Shown: positions 51,481-63,922 of the stretch, in pieces
How the letters are laid out: the number at the start of each line of letters is the position of its first letter
Position numbering within the stretch: the stretch's first letter is position 1
Origin: Octopus bimaculoides
Lineage: Eukaryota
Direction of reading: 5' to 3'
NCBI RefSeq assembly: GCF_001194135.2
Contig: NC_068994.1
Span: 37,138,940 to 37,202,861 of the forward strand
Length of the DNA stretch: 63,922 nucleotides
Program-made: the position numbers and the translations under genes
The notes under the pieces: generated by a model
What the model was told of the DNA's origin: nothing
Databases searched by the model: none
The model's input: the letters and a program-made list of their open reading frames with translations, nothing else

Positions 51481-52749
51481 CACACACATACATATATATA
51501 TAAATAGATATATATATGTATGTATATGTATATGTCTTCCTTGGACTTTCCTCTGTCTCCTATTACTGAAGAAGAATTTTGCTCACAACATAAGACACCC
51601 TTTCTTTCCTTCCCTGAGCATCTTATTAATACTTTGCATGTACCACGTCCTCACATTGTTGTTTTATTCTATTTTTTGAGGGGTTGCAATTAATTTTATA
51701 TATATATGTATATGATTATTGCAAGTGAGGTTTTGTGAGGAGATAGATTCCTCTTTAAAGGGATGTCAACATCCAAGCGTCCTCTGGCTTTATCTTATAT
51801 ATCAATGAACTTTCTAGAATCCTGTTTATCCATGGTAGTATTAGTGTTTATTATTTATTAGGCACCAGTATTATACACATTTCAGAGTTTCAGTATTTCA
51901 TATAGATTTTCACTTCTTATCAATATATGTGGGTATAGTTATAGTAATATATCATAAAGGAAATGGAAAGTTTGAACACAGCATAATCCATTTATTTTAC
52001 ATTTTGTCAATTATATAAGCCTACAATCATTTCCATATCAATCTCCATTCAAATTACGATTAGAATTGCATTACGAAATAACAAAGGTAGATATTTCTTC
52101 AGGGTGAAAATTGACACATTTGTTTTTACATCCTAATAGACTGAGCGTACTTCAACAGACTAAAATAGTGGCATGCGTTTATTTATGTGTGTATGTTAGC
52201 ATGTATGAAACAAAGAAACCGTTATAGATATATATATACGTATTTTTCATTTATGTGTTTATAAGTAAGTACATCTGTTTATTTCATTTTAATTTATACT
52301 ATTAATTGTGAGAACTTGAATTGATAGTATAATTTTTATTAATTTATTAATTATTTTCTAGGTATGTTAGTTATAATTGTTGGTATCTAGGGTTAATTTT
52401 TATATTTTATTTAATAAATTTAACTACATCTATTTAACCAGGGTATTGTTTTCTATGTATCATGCACATGCATACATAAATAAATGCATACTGCTATTTT
52501 AGTCTGTTGATGAATGCTCAGTCTATTAGGATGTAAAAACAAATGTGTAAATTTTTGCCCTGCATAAATATCTACCTTCATTATTCCATAATGTAATTTT
52601 AATTGTAATTTGAATGAAAATGGATATGGAACTGATCGTAGGCTTATATAATTGACAAAATGTAAATAAATGGATTATGCTGTGTTCAAACTCTCCATTT
52701 TGTGTATGATACACACACACACACGTGTGTGTGTGTGTGTGTATGTGTG

Positions 52750-53068
52750 AAGGCACATGGCTCAGTGGTTAGATCATTAGGCTCATAATCACGAGGTATT
52801 GAGTTCGGTTCCCGGACTGGGCTGTGTGTTGCGTTCTTGAGTAAGACACTTTATTTCACATTGAAATGAGTTGCAAAGTCACTGGCACCAACTTGTATCA
52901 ACTTTTGCCTTTCCATTGGATAATATTGGTGGCATGATGAGGGGTGGGTGGTATGCATGGGCAACTGCCGGTCTTCTCTAAACAACCTTGCTCAGACTTG
53001 TGCTTTGAAGGGTAACTTTCTAGGTCTAATCTCATGGTCATTCATGACTGAAAGGTGTCTTTAACCTA
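52750..53068 (+). mobile_element. tRNA-headed SINE (E-related head, distinct body)
   Basis: TGGCTCAGTGG A box, GAGTTCGGTTCC B box, TTGAGTAAGACACTTTATTTCAC. Confidence 0.8.
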
Positions 53069-53097
53069 TATATATATATATATGTATCATCATCATC

Positions 53098-53540
53098 ATT
53101 TAACGTCTGCTTTCCATGCTAGCATGGGTTGGACGATTTGACTCAGGACTGGTGCACCAGGCTCCAGTGTGATGAGGCAGAGTTTCTACAGCTGGATGCC
53201 CTTCCTAAAGCCAACCACTCTGAGAGTGTAGTGGGTTCTTTTACGTGCCACTGACATGGGAGCCAGTCACGCGATACTGGCAACAGCCACGCTCAAAATG
53301 GTGTTTTTTACATGCTACCTACACATGAGCCAGTCCAGCGGCACTGGCAACGACCTCGCTCAAATAATTTTCTAATGTGCCACCAGCACAAGTGCCAGTA
53401 AGGTGGCGCTGGTAACGATCACACTCAAATGGTGCTATTTATGTGCCACTAGCACGGAAGCCAGACAGCTGCTCTGGCAATGATCATGCTCGGACAGTGC
53501 TGTTAGTGCTCCACTGGCACTGGTGCCAGTCATCGAATAT
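53098..53540 (-). mobile_element. SINE family C with internal degenerate tandem units of about 65 bp
   Basis: Units TTTTA(C/T)(G/A)TGC..C...GCCAG....CTGG(C/T)AA.GA..A.GCTC repeated about 4-5 times. Confidence 0.85.
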
Positions 53541-53910
53541 TGTTCAATTACATATTATATATATATATATATATATAATTTTTTTTCTTTTCTGATGTAT
53601 ACATAGACACAAACACACACACATATATATATATCCAGGAATGTTTGATCATGTATCTGTGTGATGCTACATGTCTACAGATATTCCAATATGTACAGCA
53701 TATACATATTTCACCTCATAGATTGTGATATATGTGTACTTATATAAGCCAATACATACATAAATATGCGAGTAAATAGTTGTGTAAATATGAGTGTATT
53801 TGAAATGGCAAGTGTGTGTGAGAGTGTATATGTTTGCATGTATATGTGTGTGTGAATATATATATAAATACATATATATTCATATATACATACATATATA
53901 TATATAAAAT

Positions 53911-53927
53911 ATATATACATAAATAAA

Positions 53928-53971
<44 letters not shown>

Positions 53972-53976
53972 AATAA

Positions 53977-54031
<55 letters not shown>

Positions 54032-54036
54032 AATAA

Positions 54037-54075
<39 letters not shown>
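53911..54075. repeat. Minisatellite: CATAAATAAATGTGT+(AT)n, three units of about 52-60 bp
   Basis: Lines starting at 53941 and 54001 are identical. Confidence 0.9.
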
Positions 54076-54082
<7 letters not shown>

Positions 54083-55041
54083 TGATGCATATATTTGTGC
54101 ATGAACATTTGTATATGTGTGTAAGTCCATATGTATATGAATATGTGACTTGATTACCTCAGTTTTGCATAAACTTATAATCAGTTGTAACATAATGACT
54201 CTACATGCATACAAACTGGAATGTCAGCTAGTCTTCCATTTTCAATTAACATCCGAAGACTGCAGCTACAATTCAGTCATTAGCACCATTTTCCTGCTAG
54301 CTGAAAGGTGCAAGCTTTGAGCTCGCAGCTAACCAATAATGTACATGCTATATCTATTAGCTTTGATGTTACGACTAGCCAAGGAAATTAACAACTTTGC
54401 TTGAAAAGGTCTTATGGCTCTGCCATATGCAAGATAGGTGGAGGTCTGTTGCATAATATAGGAAAATTATCTCCAAAAGTATATGAAGTTAATGAGAAAG
54501 GTTTGATTCTTCTAGAAACTTCTATCACTTAAAGATAATTCAATAACTTTGCAGCACCTTCTTGCTACTTAGCATTAGTTAGTAACATATTTATTAGTAA
54601 TCCAACATGAAATTATAGATATCTGGTGTCAAATTGTTTTAAATACTTGTCTTTCTCTCTCTCTCTTTCCCCTCTCTCTCCCTCCCTCTTTTTCTCTCTG
54701 CCTTTCTTCAAATCCGACATGAAGTTGAAAAGTATCTCTTGATACAGGCTCATTAAGCCAGACCTTAACTGGATATCCACTGTATTTAAGTGTATAAAAG
54801 TGCTAAACTCCTACCTGCTCAGTCCAACACTAATTTTTTGCAAGGTTAACCCTGCTCAGCTGTCACAAGTTGGATGGACTGAAGTGTTGTGAAATGAAAG
54901 TGCTTTAAGGACATACTGTACTGCCCAGTTTGAGCCTGGAACCCGTGACCTAATGATTGTGAGTCCCACACACTAACCATTAGGCTGTGAATCTTCACAT
55001 ATCTAATACAGGAGAAAAATAATTTTAATCCAGTCAACAAT

Positions 55042-55522
55042 TGTAGGTATGGGTGTTTGGTAAGAAGCTTGCTTCCCAATCACATGGTTCCAGGTTCGGT
55101 CCCACTGCATGGCACCTTGGGTAAGTGTCTTCTGCTATAGGCTTAGCTGACCAAAGTATTGTGAGTGGATTTGGTAGATGGAAACTATATTTGTGTGTGT
55201 GCGTTTATATCTGTGTGTTTGTATATATCTGTGTGTGTGTGTGTGTCTGTGTATCTGTGTGTGTATCTGTGTGTGTGTATCTATGTGTCTGTGTGTGTGT
55301 GTATCTTTGTGCCTATGCTTGTCCCTCACCACTGCTTCACAGCTGGTAGTGGTGTCTTTACGTCCTTGTAACTTAATGGTTTGGCAAAAGGAGACCAATA
55401 GAGTAAGTACCAGGCTTAAAAAGAATAAGTGCTGGGGTTGATTTGTTTGGCTGAAAAGAATCCCTTCAAGGTGGTGCCCCAACATGGCTTCAGTCTAATG
55501 ACTGAAACTAGGAAAAGATAAA
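55042..55522 (+). mobile_element. SINE family A
   Basis: Head, expanded central TG tract, tail. Confidence 0.9.
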
Positions 55523-56479
55523 ACTGCAACAATATCATATTTAATTACTTTTCTTCTGTTGTATCTTCAACATCACTGCATAGCAACAGCAGCCAAAACG
55601 CCTTCAAATTTTATTGTCTTCAGAAACGTAAGCAACATTGGCTGGCATAGACTTACTTATACACAGTTTCAGTAAAAGATGGAGGTGGTCATCATTGAAC
55701 CATCTTTCATCATTGCTGGTTTGGTACTAAATAACAATAACAAAACGTATATAATAGAAAAGCCAATAACAAGGCCCCTATATAGTTGCTTACCTTGCTA
55801 GAAATAGCAACCAAATTGCTCAGAAACCTCTTCCTATTGTCTTAAAAATGTAAGGAAATATTTGATAAAATATTCTTTGATATACTCTGCCTAAGAAAGA
55901 CAGGGTCGTCATGGTTGGGACACCTTTAACCATAGGTCTGCCCAATCAGAGCTTACTTATGTTTAAACAACTCCACAACACTTTATGTTCTGAAATCAAT
56001 ATGTTGTTAATATCATAAATATATAGGTGCAGGTGTGGCAATGTGGTAAGAAGTTTGCTTCACAACCACATGGTTCCAGGTTCAGTCTCTCTGTGTGGTA
56101 CCTTTAACGATTATTTCTTATCTAATATGTTGGCCCCTACTTATTTTGCATGTTGTATATCATAAATTGATGGATTTTTAGAGAAAATATTTTGAAGTAA
56201 TTATAATTGTTAAAACTCTAAACATGGATTTCCATTGAATTATTGAAATTACAATGCTCGCAAAATAAAGTAACACCTTAGATCAATACTTCTCAAAATA
56301 GATGTGTAGAGAGGATGATTTTATATGGGTACTAGCGACAAAAGGTGGTAGATGCATCTGTACAGATTTTTTTAGTCTTTTTCTCCTAGTTAAATATTAA
56401 CTTTTTGAAAAAAATAAAAATTAATGTTGATAAGCTGGTTGTTAGCTATAATCACAATAACTGATTTTGAAATGTGACT

Positions 56480-56825
56480 GTCTGGCAAGACGCTTGCTTC
56501 CCAACCACATGGTCCTGTGTTCAGTCTCACTATGTTGTGCTTTGGACAGGTACTTTCTAGTAAGGTCTTGGGCTGACCAAAGCCTTGTGAGGGGGATTTG
56601 TTGGATCGAAAGTGAATGAAGTCTATTGTATATGCATATGTGTGTCTTTGTGTTTGTGCTTGTCCCCTTTAACTGCTAGACAACTGGTGCTGGGTTTTTT
56701 TACATGGCAGTTTGGCAAAAGACACCAATAGAATAAGCACAAGGTTTGAAATTAAGTACTGGGTTTGATTTGTTTGACTAAACCCTTCAAGGTTATATCC
56801 TAGCATGAAAGAAACAAGTAAAAGA
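56480..56825 (+). mobile_element. SINE family A, degraded
   Basis: GCTTGCTTCCCAACCACATGG head remnant and tail. Confidence 0.8.
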
Positions 56826-58107
56826 GAATTTTTAAAAATTATTACACCTATACTTGCAGTATTCATTTATGGTACCTTGGTGCTGTGGTAAGAAGTCACC
56901 CATGTCAAAACTAGAATCAGAAACTAAATTATTCTGACATGATATTAGAATAGAGCAATTTAAACAGGAAATAGTGTTGAATCACAGCAACGGTGCATTG
57001 ACAAAGTGTTAGTAAAAGAAAAGAGGCAATACTAAGAAGAGTTTGAGAACTGTAGCAGCTCCTGCTTTTTGCATTAAGTAACTGGATTTATTATCTTAGC
57101 CAGCAAAATTTCCTGGCATTATACTTTATTTTAGATTATTGGAGAACCTTTAATGAAGATTTCTTTTGACAGCAGCCAAAATCTCTCCAAGCTGAGGTAA
57201 TTAGAGTTAAGAGCTATTCCTAATGCTAGAGAACAATGCCATTGACAAAATGTAAGCTCATCCTCTGTATGTAGCTAATATCATAGAACTAGCCATGTAT
57301 TAGATATGTTTGTGAGAGTTATTGAAACAAAATGAAAGGAATGGACAAAGAAAAAAATTCATTTACCATATTTATGTCAATTTTAGCTTTAAAACTTGTT
57401 ATGACTTCTGTCTGTCTTCTATCTTAATCACATGAGCTCTTTTGTAAACCAAAACTCAAAATTCAAATATTTGTTCCATGGCTGTTATTTGATTAATTAA
57501 GTTCTAAGCATTGATATTTACTTTATGTTAGTCTTATAGTGGCTTTGAACTTTACCAATATAAGGTGGATATTTATCTAAAGCTAATCCTATCATTTGCT
57601 ACCTGCTTTATTGATCAAGGTTACTGCTAAAACGTGTAAGCAAACACTTCTTTTGCTTCTTATTGTCACTAGTACTACCCATTTTCTAAGCAAAAAACAA
57701 AGAGTTGCTGGGGCAACTACCACTGCCAATACCTCCACCATTGGCCATACAGTGATGATAAGCATTTATGTAGTAATTTGACCTGCTAGAAATTACAACC
57801 AAATCTCTCTTAAGTCACACTACTGTATGTAATAATGATACACTAGACAGTTGAGAACTGGTAGTGTGGCAGTCAATCTTCTGATCAAAATGAAGGAAAC
57901 TCTTTTTCCATTGATTTTTGAAATTGCTGGTGCTCTTTTATGTTGCAACCAACAGATAGTGTAAGCAAAATATCATTTTACAGTGGCAGGGCAGGATTCT
58001 AACTCAGAATTCACAGAGCCGGAACACTTTACAGATGATATTAAAGATAATGATGATGATGGTAGTGGTGGTGATAATGATGATGATGATGTAAAAGTTA
58101 GTTATAT

Positions 58108-58560
58108 TCTCTATTTATTCTTTTATTCTTTTACTTGTTTCAGTCATTTGGCTGTGGCCATGCTTGAGCACCGCCTTAAAAGGTGTTAGTCGGAGAAATC
58201 AACCCTAGGATTTATTCTTTGTAAGCCTAGTAGTTATTCTATCAGTCAATTTTGCCAAATCGCTAAGTTATGGGGACATAAACACACCAGCATTGGTTGT
58301 CAAGTGATGGTGGGGGAGGGACAAACACAGACACACACACAAATATATACATACACACACATACACACACACTCACACACACACACACACACATATATAC
58401 AATGAGCTTCTTCCAGTTTCCATCTACTAAATCCACTCACAAGGCTTAGGTTGACATGAGGCTATAGTAGAAGACACTTGCCCAAGGTGCCACACAGTGG
58501 GACTGAATCCAGAATCATGAGGTTGGGAAGCAAGCTTCTTACCACACAGCCAAGCCTGCG
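58108..58560 (-). mobile_element. SINE family A
   Basis: Full reverse-complement copy. Confidence 0.9.
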
Positions 58561-58619
58561 TCTCTTGTCCAGTTACAAATGTAATACATCATGTGTGACT
58601 CCTTAACAATCCCGTCAAT

Positions 58620-59450
58620 CCACTATCATGTACTGATGCTTTAATTTATTGACCCTGAAAGGAGGAAAGGTAAATATAACCTTAGCAGGATTTGAAATCA
58701 GAGCTCAAAGGGACAGAGAAAACACCGTAAAACATTCAGTCAGACATTCTAATGACTCTGCTAATTTGCCACTTTAACAGTCTTAGATGTATGATAATTT
58801 GGGGTGTTCAAGACTGAGATGTCTTTATCATAGATCTCTTTGATCAGAGGTCATCTGAGGTTAAATAATCTTTCTACTATAGGCACAAGCCCTGAAATTT
58901 GGGGAAGTGGGATAGCCAATCACCTTGACCCCAGTACTTGACTGTTACTTAATTTATTCACTCTGAAAGGATGAAAGGCAAAGTCGACTTTGGCGGAATT
59001 TGAACTCAGAACATAAATACAGATGAAATGTCGTTAAACATCTTGCCTGGCATACCAACGATTCTGTCAGCTCACCACCTTAATAAGGTAGCATCTACTA
59101 TAGGCACAAAGCCTGAAATTTGAGGGTGGGGGATAGTCGATCACATCAACCGCAGTACTTGACTTGCACTTAATTTATCCACCCTCAAAAAGACAAAAGG
59201 CAAAGTTGACATCAGCAGAATTTGAACTCAGAATGTAAAGACGCATGAAATGCCATTAAATAATTTTGTCTGGTGTGCTAACAATTGTCAGCTCACCGCC
59301 TTAATATGGTAGCCTATCCCTTTCAAGTATAGGCACAAGGCCTGAAATTTGTGGGAGAGGATGAAAGGCAAAGTCGACCTCAGCAGAATTTGAGCTCAGA
59401 ACATAAAGATGGACAAAATGCTGCTAAACCTTTTGCCTGGCATACTGGCA
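58620..59450 (-). mobile_element. Array of four SINE family B copies, three of them head-to-tail
   Basis: Units at about 58620-58780, 58868-59085, 59093-59304 and 59318-59450 (last one internally deleted). Confidence 0.9.
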
Positions 59451-60764
59451 TCATTACAGTTCACAAAGGAGCATCTACATCATAGGTTCTCAGTCTTTTT
59501 AACTTTGTATACTTTGTTGGAGATCAAGCAAAATTTACTGTAACACTTCACATGGAAATTTTTTTTTAAATCTGCTTTGAAGCTAAAAAAAATTCTGGAT
59601 TAAAAAATGCAGGTGCAGGCATGAATGTGTGATTAAAATAGTCACTTTGCAATCATGTCATTTCAATTTCAATTCCACTGCAAGGCACCTTAGACAAGTG
59701 TTGTCTACAATAGTCCTTGGGCTGACCAATGTCTTGTGAGTACATTTAATAGACAGAAACTGTGCTTAATCTTGTATACATGTGTGTTTGTATGTATGTG
59801 GGGGGTACGAACCACCCAAGCTATGTCAGCATGGAACATGGACATTAAATGATGATGACGACGACGATGATGATGATGATGTTGATGATGCTGGTGGTGG
59901 TGGTGGTGGTGGTGGTGGTGGTGGTGGTGGTGGTGGTGATGACGACGATGATGTAAAAGTTAGTTATGTTCCCTATTGTCCAGCTACAGATTTTTTAAAC
60001 CTTTTTTTTCCCCCCTTTCTCTGCAAATTAATTTCAAATCTAATTTAGAAGAAACCTTTGAACCATGGAAGTTGAGGTTAGTGAAACAAAGGCAAGTCTG
60101 ATTCATCAAATTACTGAATTATCAGAAAACAAATGCAATTTCTATTTCACAATTATTAGATAGAAAACTTTGAGCTATTGAAACATTTAAACATGTTCTT
60201 TTTTTGTTGTCTATTTTTTTTAATGAAAACTTTGATTTATAAAATTATGAGGTGTATGAGATTTCTTTCATAAGAGTTTATATGAGCTTAGCTTTGTAAA
60301 AGAGGAGGTATGTGAAGAAGATAGAATAAATAGATACAGTAAACTGTTATTATTGTTTGGTTTCAGGTCAACCCTGTCTGAGTAGACCTATGATTAAACA
60401 CGGTTGGGTCATGACCTTCCAATCTTTTTTCTATTGTTGCATCTGGCAGTGAGGCTCCAGCTTGGGAGTTCTGTAGTTTTGAGGAGTGGAGTGAATGATG
60501 TGATCATGGAAAATCAAAAGTGCAAGGTTTACTGGACTGGATATGTTCCTGTAGCAAAGCTCAAAGACAATAGGCAGGCCTTATGCAGTTGCCAAATCAT
60601 ATTGAAGAGATTGGAGGAGACTTCTTTGAAGCCCAAGAAAATGGGAAGGTGACACAGGCAAAAAATTTGGTATGCCCGAATAAAAAAGAAGGGTAAAATT
60701 GAAGGAAGAATGTAAATACATTTCTATCAGCAATATGTAACGTTATTTGGTGAGCCTGTCAAAT

Positions 60765-60955
60765 TGTTAACATGCCAGGTGAAATGCTTAATGGCATTTC
60801 ATGTTTTATGTTCTGAGTTCAAATTCTGCAGAGGTTGACTTTGCTTTTTATCCTTTCAAGATTGATAAAATAAGTACCAGTTGAGCACTGGAACTGATTT
60901 AATCAACTTACACCATCCCCTGAGCTTGCTGGCCTTGTGTCAAAAATGTGAAACC
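60765..60955 (+). mobile_element. SINE family B
   Basis: CTGAGTTCAAATTCTGCAGAGGTTGACTTTGC...GATAAAATAAGTACCAG. Confidence 0.85.
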
Positions 60956-60994
60956 AATGCATCTATATGTATACATACACGCACATATATTTAT

Positions 60995-61211
60995 ATATAT
61001 TCTTTTATTTTTGTATTTGTCTCAGTTATTTAACAGCAGCCATGCTGGAGCACCGCCTTTAGTTGAACAAATCGCCCCCCAGGACTTATTCTTTCTAAGC
61101 CTAGTACTTATTCTATCGGTCTCTTTTGTCAAACTGCTAAGTTATGGGGACGTAATCACACCAACACTGGTTGTCAAGTGATGGTGGGGGGACAAACACA
61201 GACACAGAAAC

Positions 61212-61270
<59 letters not shown>

Positions 61271-61436
61271 GAGATATATACAATAGGCTTCTTTCAGTTT
61301 CCATCTGCCAAATCCATTCACAAGGCTTTGGTAGGCCCGAGGCTATGATAGAAGACACTTGCCCAAGATGCCACATGGTAGGACTGAACCCAGAACCATC
61401 TGGTCGGTAAGCAAGCTACTTACCACACAGCCACTC
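60995..61436 (-). mobile_element. SINE family A
   Basis: Full reverse-complement copy, close to 17147-17550. Confidence 0.9.
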
Positions 61437-62089
61437 TTATATATATTATATGTATATATGTGGGTATTTTGAAAGGGAGCTATTGCTGCTGCTGCCAACG
61501 GTTGCTTCTGGAGTAAGAGAGGAGAGACTTAACTATATATATTATATATACTATGTAGATGTGTATGTGGGCGTGGGTGGGTGTATATGAGACCCATTAT
61601 ATTGGATATATATAAATTGATGATTATTCTACATTCTTTTCTCTTTTAAGATGAAATGGTCAAATTCTATGCCCAGTTATATACACAATTTCTCAATTAT
61701 TACAATGAAAGTTTTGCAAAATGAAGTTTGCATAATTATACATTTTACCACAATAAATACTTCTATTGCAAAATACTTCAGATTTTAAAGAATAATATCA
61801 CTACTGCAAACAAACAAAATTAATTTAAACTGTATCATATTTGCACAGAAATGGCTTGGAAACTCTAAGAGATAATTTGCTTCAAACAGACAATAGAAAA
61901 AACGTACACCATTATAATAACTCACTACCAAGAATAATCACAAATAAGTTTGCTATTCTATGTATTAAATATCAACTATCACCTGCTGAAACTAATCAAT
62001 AGAAAGATTTGTTAAAAAGAGTATTGCATCTTTTAAGTAAACAAGAAAACATAACATAATTACTTGTCTGACAATTACTTACTGCAGTG

Positions 62090-63042
62090 AAGGAGTTTTT
62101 GTGAGGTTGTTATATGACCTGCTAAAAATAGCAGCCAAATCTTGCTTAATGCAGTCTTGACAATGAAAAATTGAAAGCAATTGTTGAACAAAACCCTTGT
62201 CAAAGTGTCAGAAAAATGTCTCAGGCACTTGGTGTCAGTATTGCAATGGTTTCGCGCAATTTGCAGAAGATTGGTAAGGTGAAAAGGTTCAATAAATGGG
62301 TACCGCATGGGCTCAATGAAAATCAAAAACTTAGCCGTTTTGAAGTGTGCTTGATGTTCTTTCTGCGAAACACCAATGATCCTTTTCCTGACTGAATAGT
62401 CACTTGTGATGGAAAATGGATCCTTTATGATAACCATAAGCAATCAGGTCAATGGCTTGACCCAAGCATTTTCCAAAGCCAAAGTTGTATCAACAAAAGA
62501 TTATGGTGACTGCCTGGTGGTCTGCAATTGATGTTGTCCATTACAGCTTTTTGGAAGCCAATCAGAGCATTACAACAGAGGTTTACTGCAATCAGCTTGC
62601 TGAAATGCATGCTCACTTGCAAAAAATGGGACCTGCATTGGTGAATCAGTGTGGCCCAATTCTACTCCATGATAGTGCAAAGCTACATGTTGCAAGAATG
62701 ACAATGCAGAAACTCACAGACATGGCAGATGAGACTTTACCACATCCTCCATATTCTCCTGATCCTTCACCCACTGACTGCCATTTTTTTAGGCATTTAA
62801 ACACGTTTTTAAGTGATAAAACTTTCAGGTCCAAACCAGAGGTGGAATCAGTTTTCAAAGATTTCTTAGCATCAAAGCCAATAAGTTTTTATCAACGAGG
62901 CATAAATAATCTCATTGATTGACAGCAGAGATGCATAGATGTTTATGGCTTGCACTTTGACTAATCAACACATTTCTATTGTTAATTTTTCCAGAATAAA
63001 ATTATGTTTCTGAAATCAGCCATTATTTTCAGAACAACCTAA
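62090..63042 (+). mobile_element. 5'-truncated decayed mariner (Hsmar1/cecropia-like)
   Basis: KWVPHGLNENQK, IVTCDGKWILYDN, LLHDSAK and LPHPPYSPDPSPTD. Right TIR-like end TTATTTTCAGAACAACCTAA|TA. Confidence 0.93.
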
Positions 63043-63165
63043 TAGTAAAATAGAAAATAATGCTAATTTTTGTAAACTTCCACTTTATTTACATTTAAAA
63101 ACATTTTTTCAACTTCTTTTAATTGCAAAGTCTTTGATCAGATCCTCACTATAACACCATGAATG

Positions 63166-63202
63166 TATTCCATCTTGTCTTTCACAAAGACAAGATGGAA
63201 TA
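63166..63202. repeat. Perfect 17-bp inverted repeat with 3-nt loop
   Basis: TATTCCATCTTGTCTTT-CAC-AAAGACAAGATGGAATA. Confidence 0.95.
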
Positions 63203-63309
63203 GATGGAACAAGACTAGAAAGAAGAGGAGACACAAGGAACAGATAGTCACTGAAGAGGTCACAGTATGTGTGACAAAATACCTTGGACAAATAAACTAA
63301 TAATTATAA

Positions 63310-63737
63310 TAATACTTTCTACTATAGGCTCAAGACCTGGAATTTCAGAAGAGGGGCAAGTCAATTATACCAACCCCAGTAATCAGCTGGTTCTTATTTT
63401 GTTGACCATGAAAGGATGAAAAGCAAAGTCAACCATGGTGGAATTTGAACCCAGAACAGGAAGGCAGACGAAATGCTACTAAGCCTTTCACTGGCATGCT
63501 AACAATTCTGCCAGCTTGCCACCTTAATAGTAATAATAATCCTTTCTACTGAAGGCACAAGGCCTGAAATTTGAGGGGACAGGACTAGTCGATTACATCA
63601 ACCCCAGTGTTTCACTGGTACTTAACTTATCGACCCTGAAAGGATAAAAGGCAAAGTCGACCTCGGCAGAATTTGAACTCAGATGGACAAAATACTGCTA
63701 AACAGTTCATCCAGCATGCTAATAATTCTGCCAGCTC

Positions 63738-63740
<3 letters not shown>
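63310..63740 (-). mobile_element. Two tandem SINE family B copies followed by (AAT)n to about 63810
   Basis: Units at about 63310-63526 and 63538-63740 joined by TAATAGTAATAATAAT. Confidence 0.9.
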
Positions 63741-63812
<72 letters not shown>

Positions 63813-63922
63813 TGAAGATCAAATAAATAGTGCATGTGTTTACCAGCAAAATGACCAACTCCAAATATAACAATATCTGTTTCAACACATGATTTCACAC
63901 CTAGAATCTTGCAAAACAAATG

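Noticed and set aside
52711-52742. (AC)7(GT)9 palindrome centred on CACGTG
   Set aside because: Expected by chance given the extreme microsatellite density
53200-59450. CRISPR-like repeat arrays (53200-53540 and 58620-59450)
   Set aside because: Eukaryotic context; these are degenerate SINE-internal or whole-SINE tandem units with no unique spacers or cas genes

Overview
AT-rich, repeat-saturated animal DNA with about 10 N gaps, most flanked by (TA)n or (CA)n. There is no CRISPR array, rRNA or intact tRNA gene, and no recognisable intact protein-coding gene. The SINE families and microsatellite texture match what I recall of octopus (coleoid cephalopod) genomes; this is inference from memory, not a database hit. 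The window looks intronic or intergenic. It holds dozens of tRNA-headed SINEs from about 5 families (labelled A-E here) and four decayed mariner transposons of at least two subfamilies. It also has CR1-, RTE- and L1/Tx1-type LINE remnants, TTAA-flanked piggyBac-type MITEs and a Helentron-type non-autonomous element. Almost all listed ORFs are microsatellite or gap artefacts. The most notable observations are: (1) a 1.05 kb near-perfect palindrome whose two arms each carry a frame-preserving exon-like cassette; (2) two further inverted duplications of mostly non-repeat sequence and several short foldbacks, all candidate dsRNA/ADAR substrates; (3) an RTE LINE 3' end with the geometry of a twin-priming 5' inversion; (4) a piggyBac-type MITE with three internal palindromes. 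I found no convincing new multi-gene system. Coordinates of degraded repeats are approximate and identities are estimated by eye.
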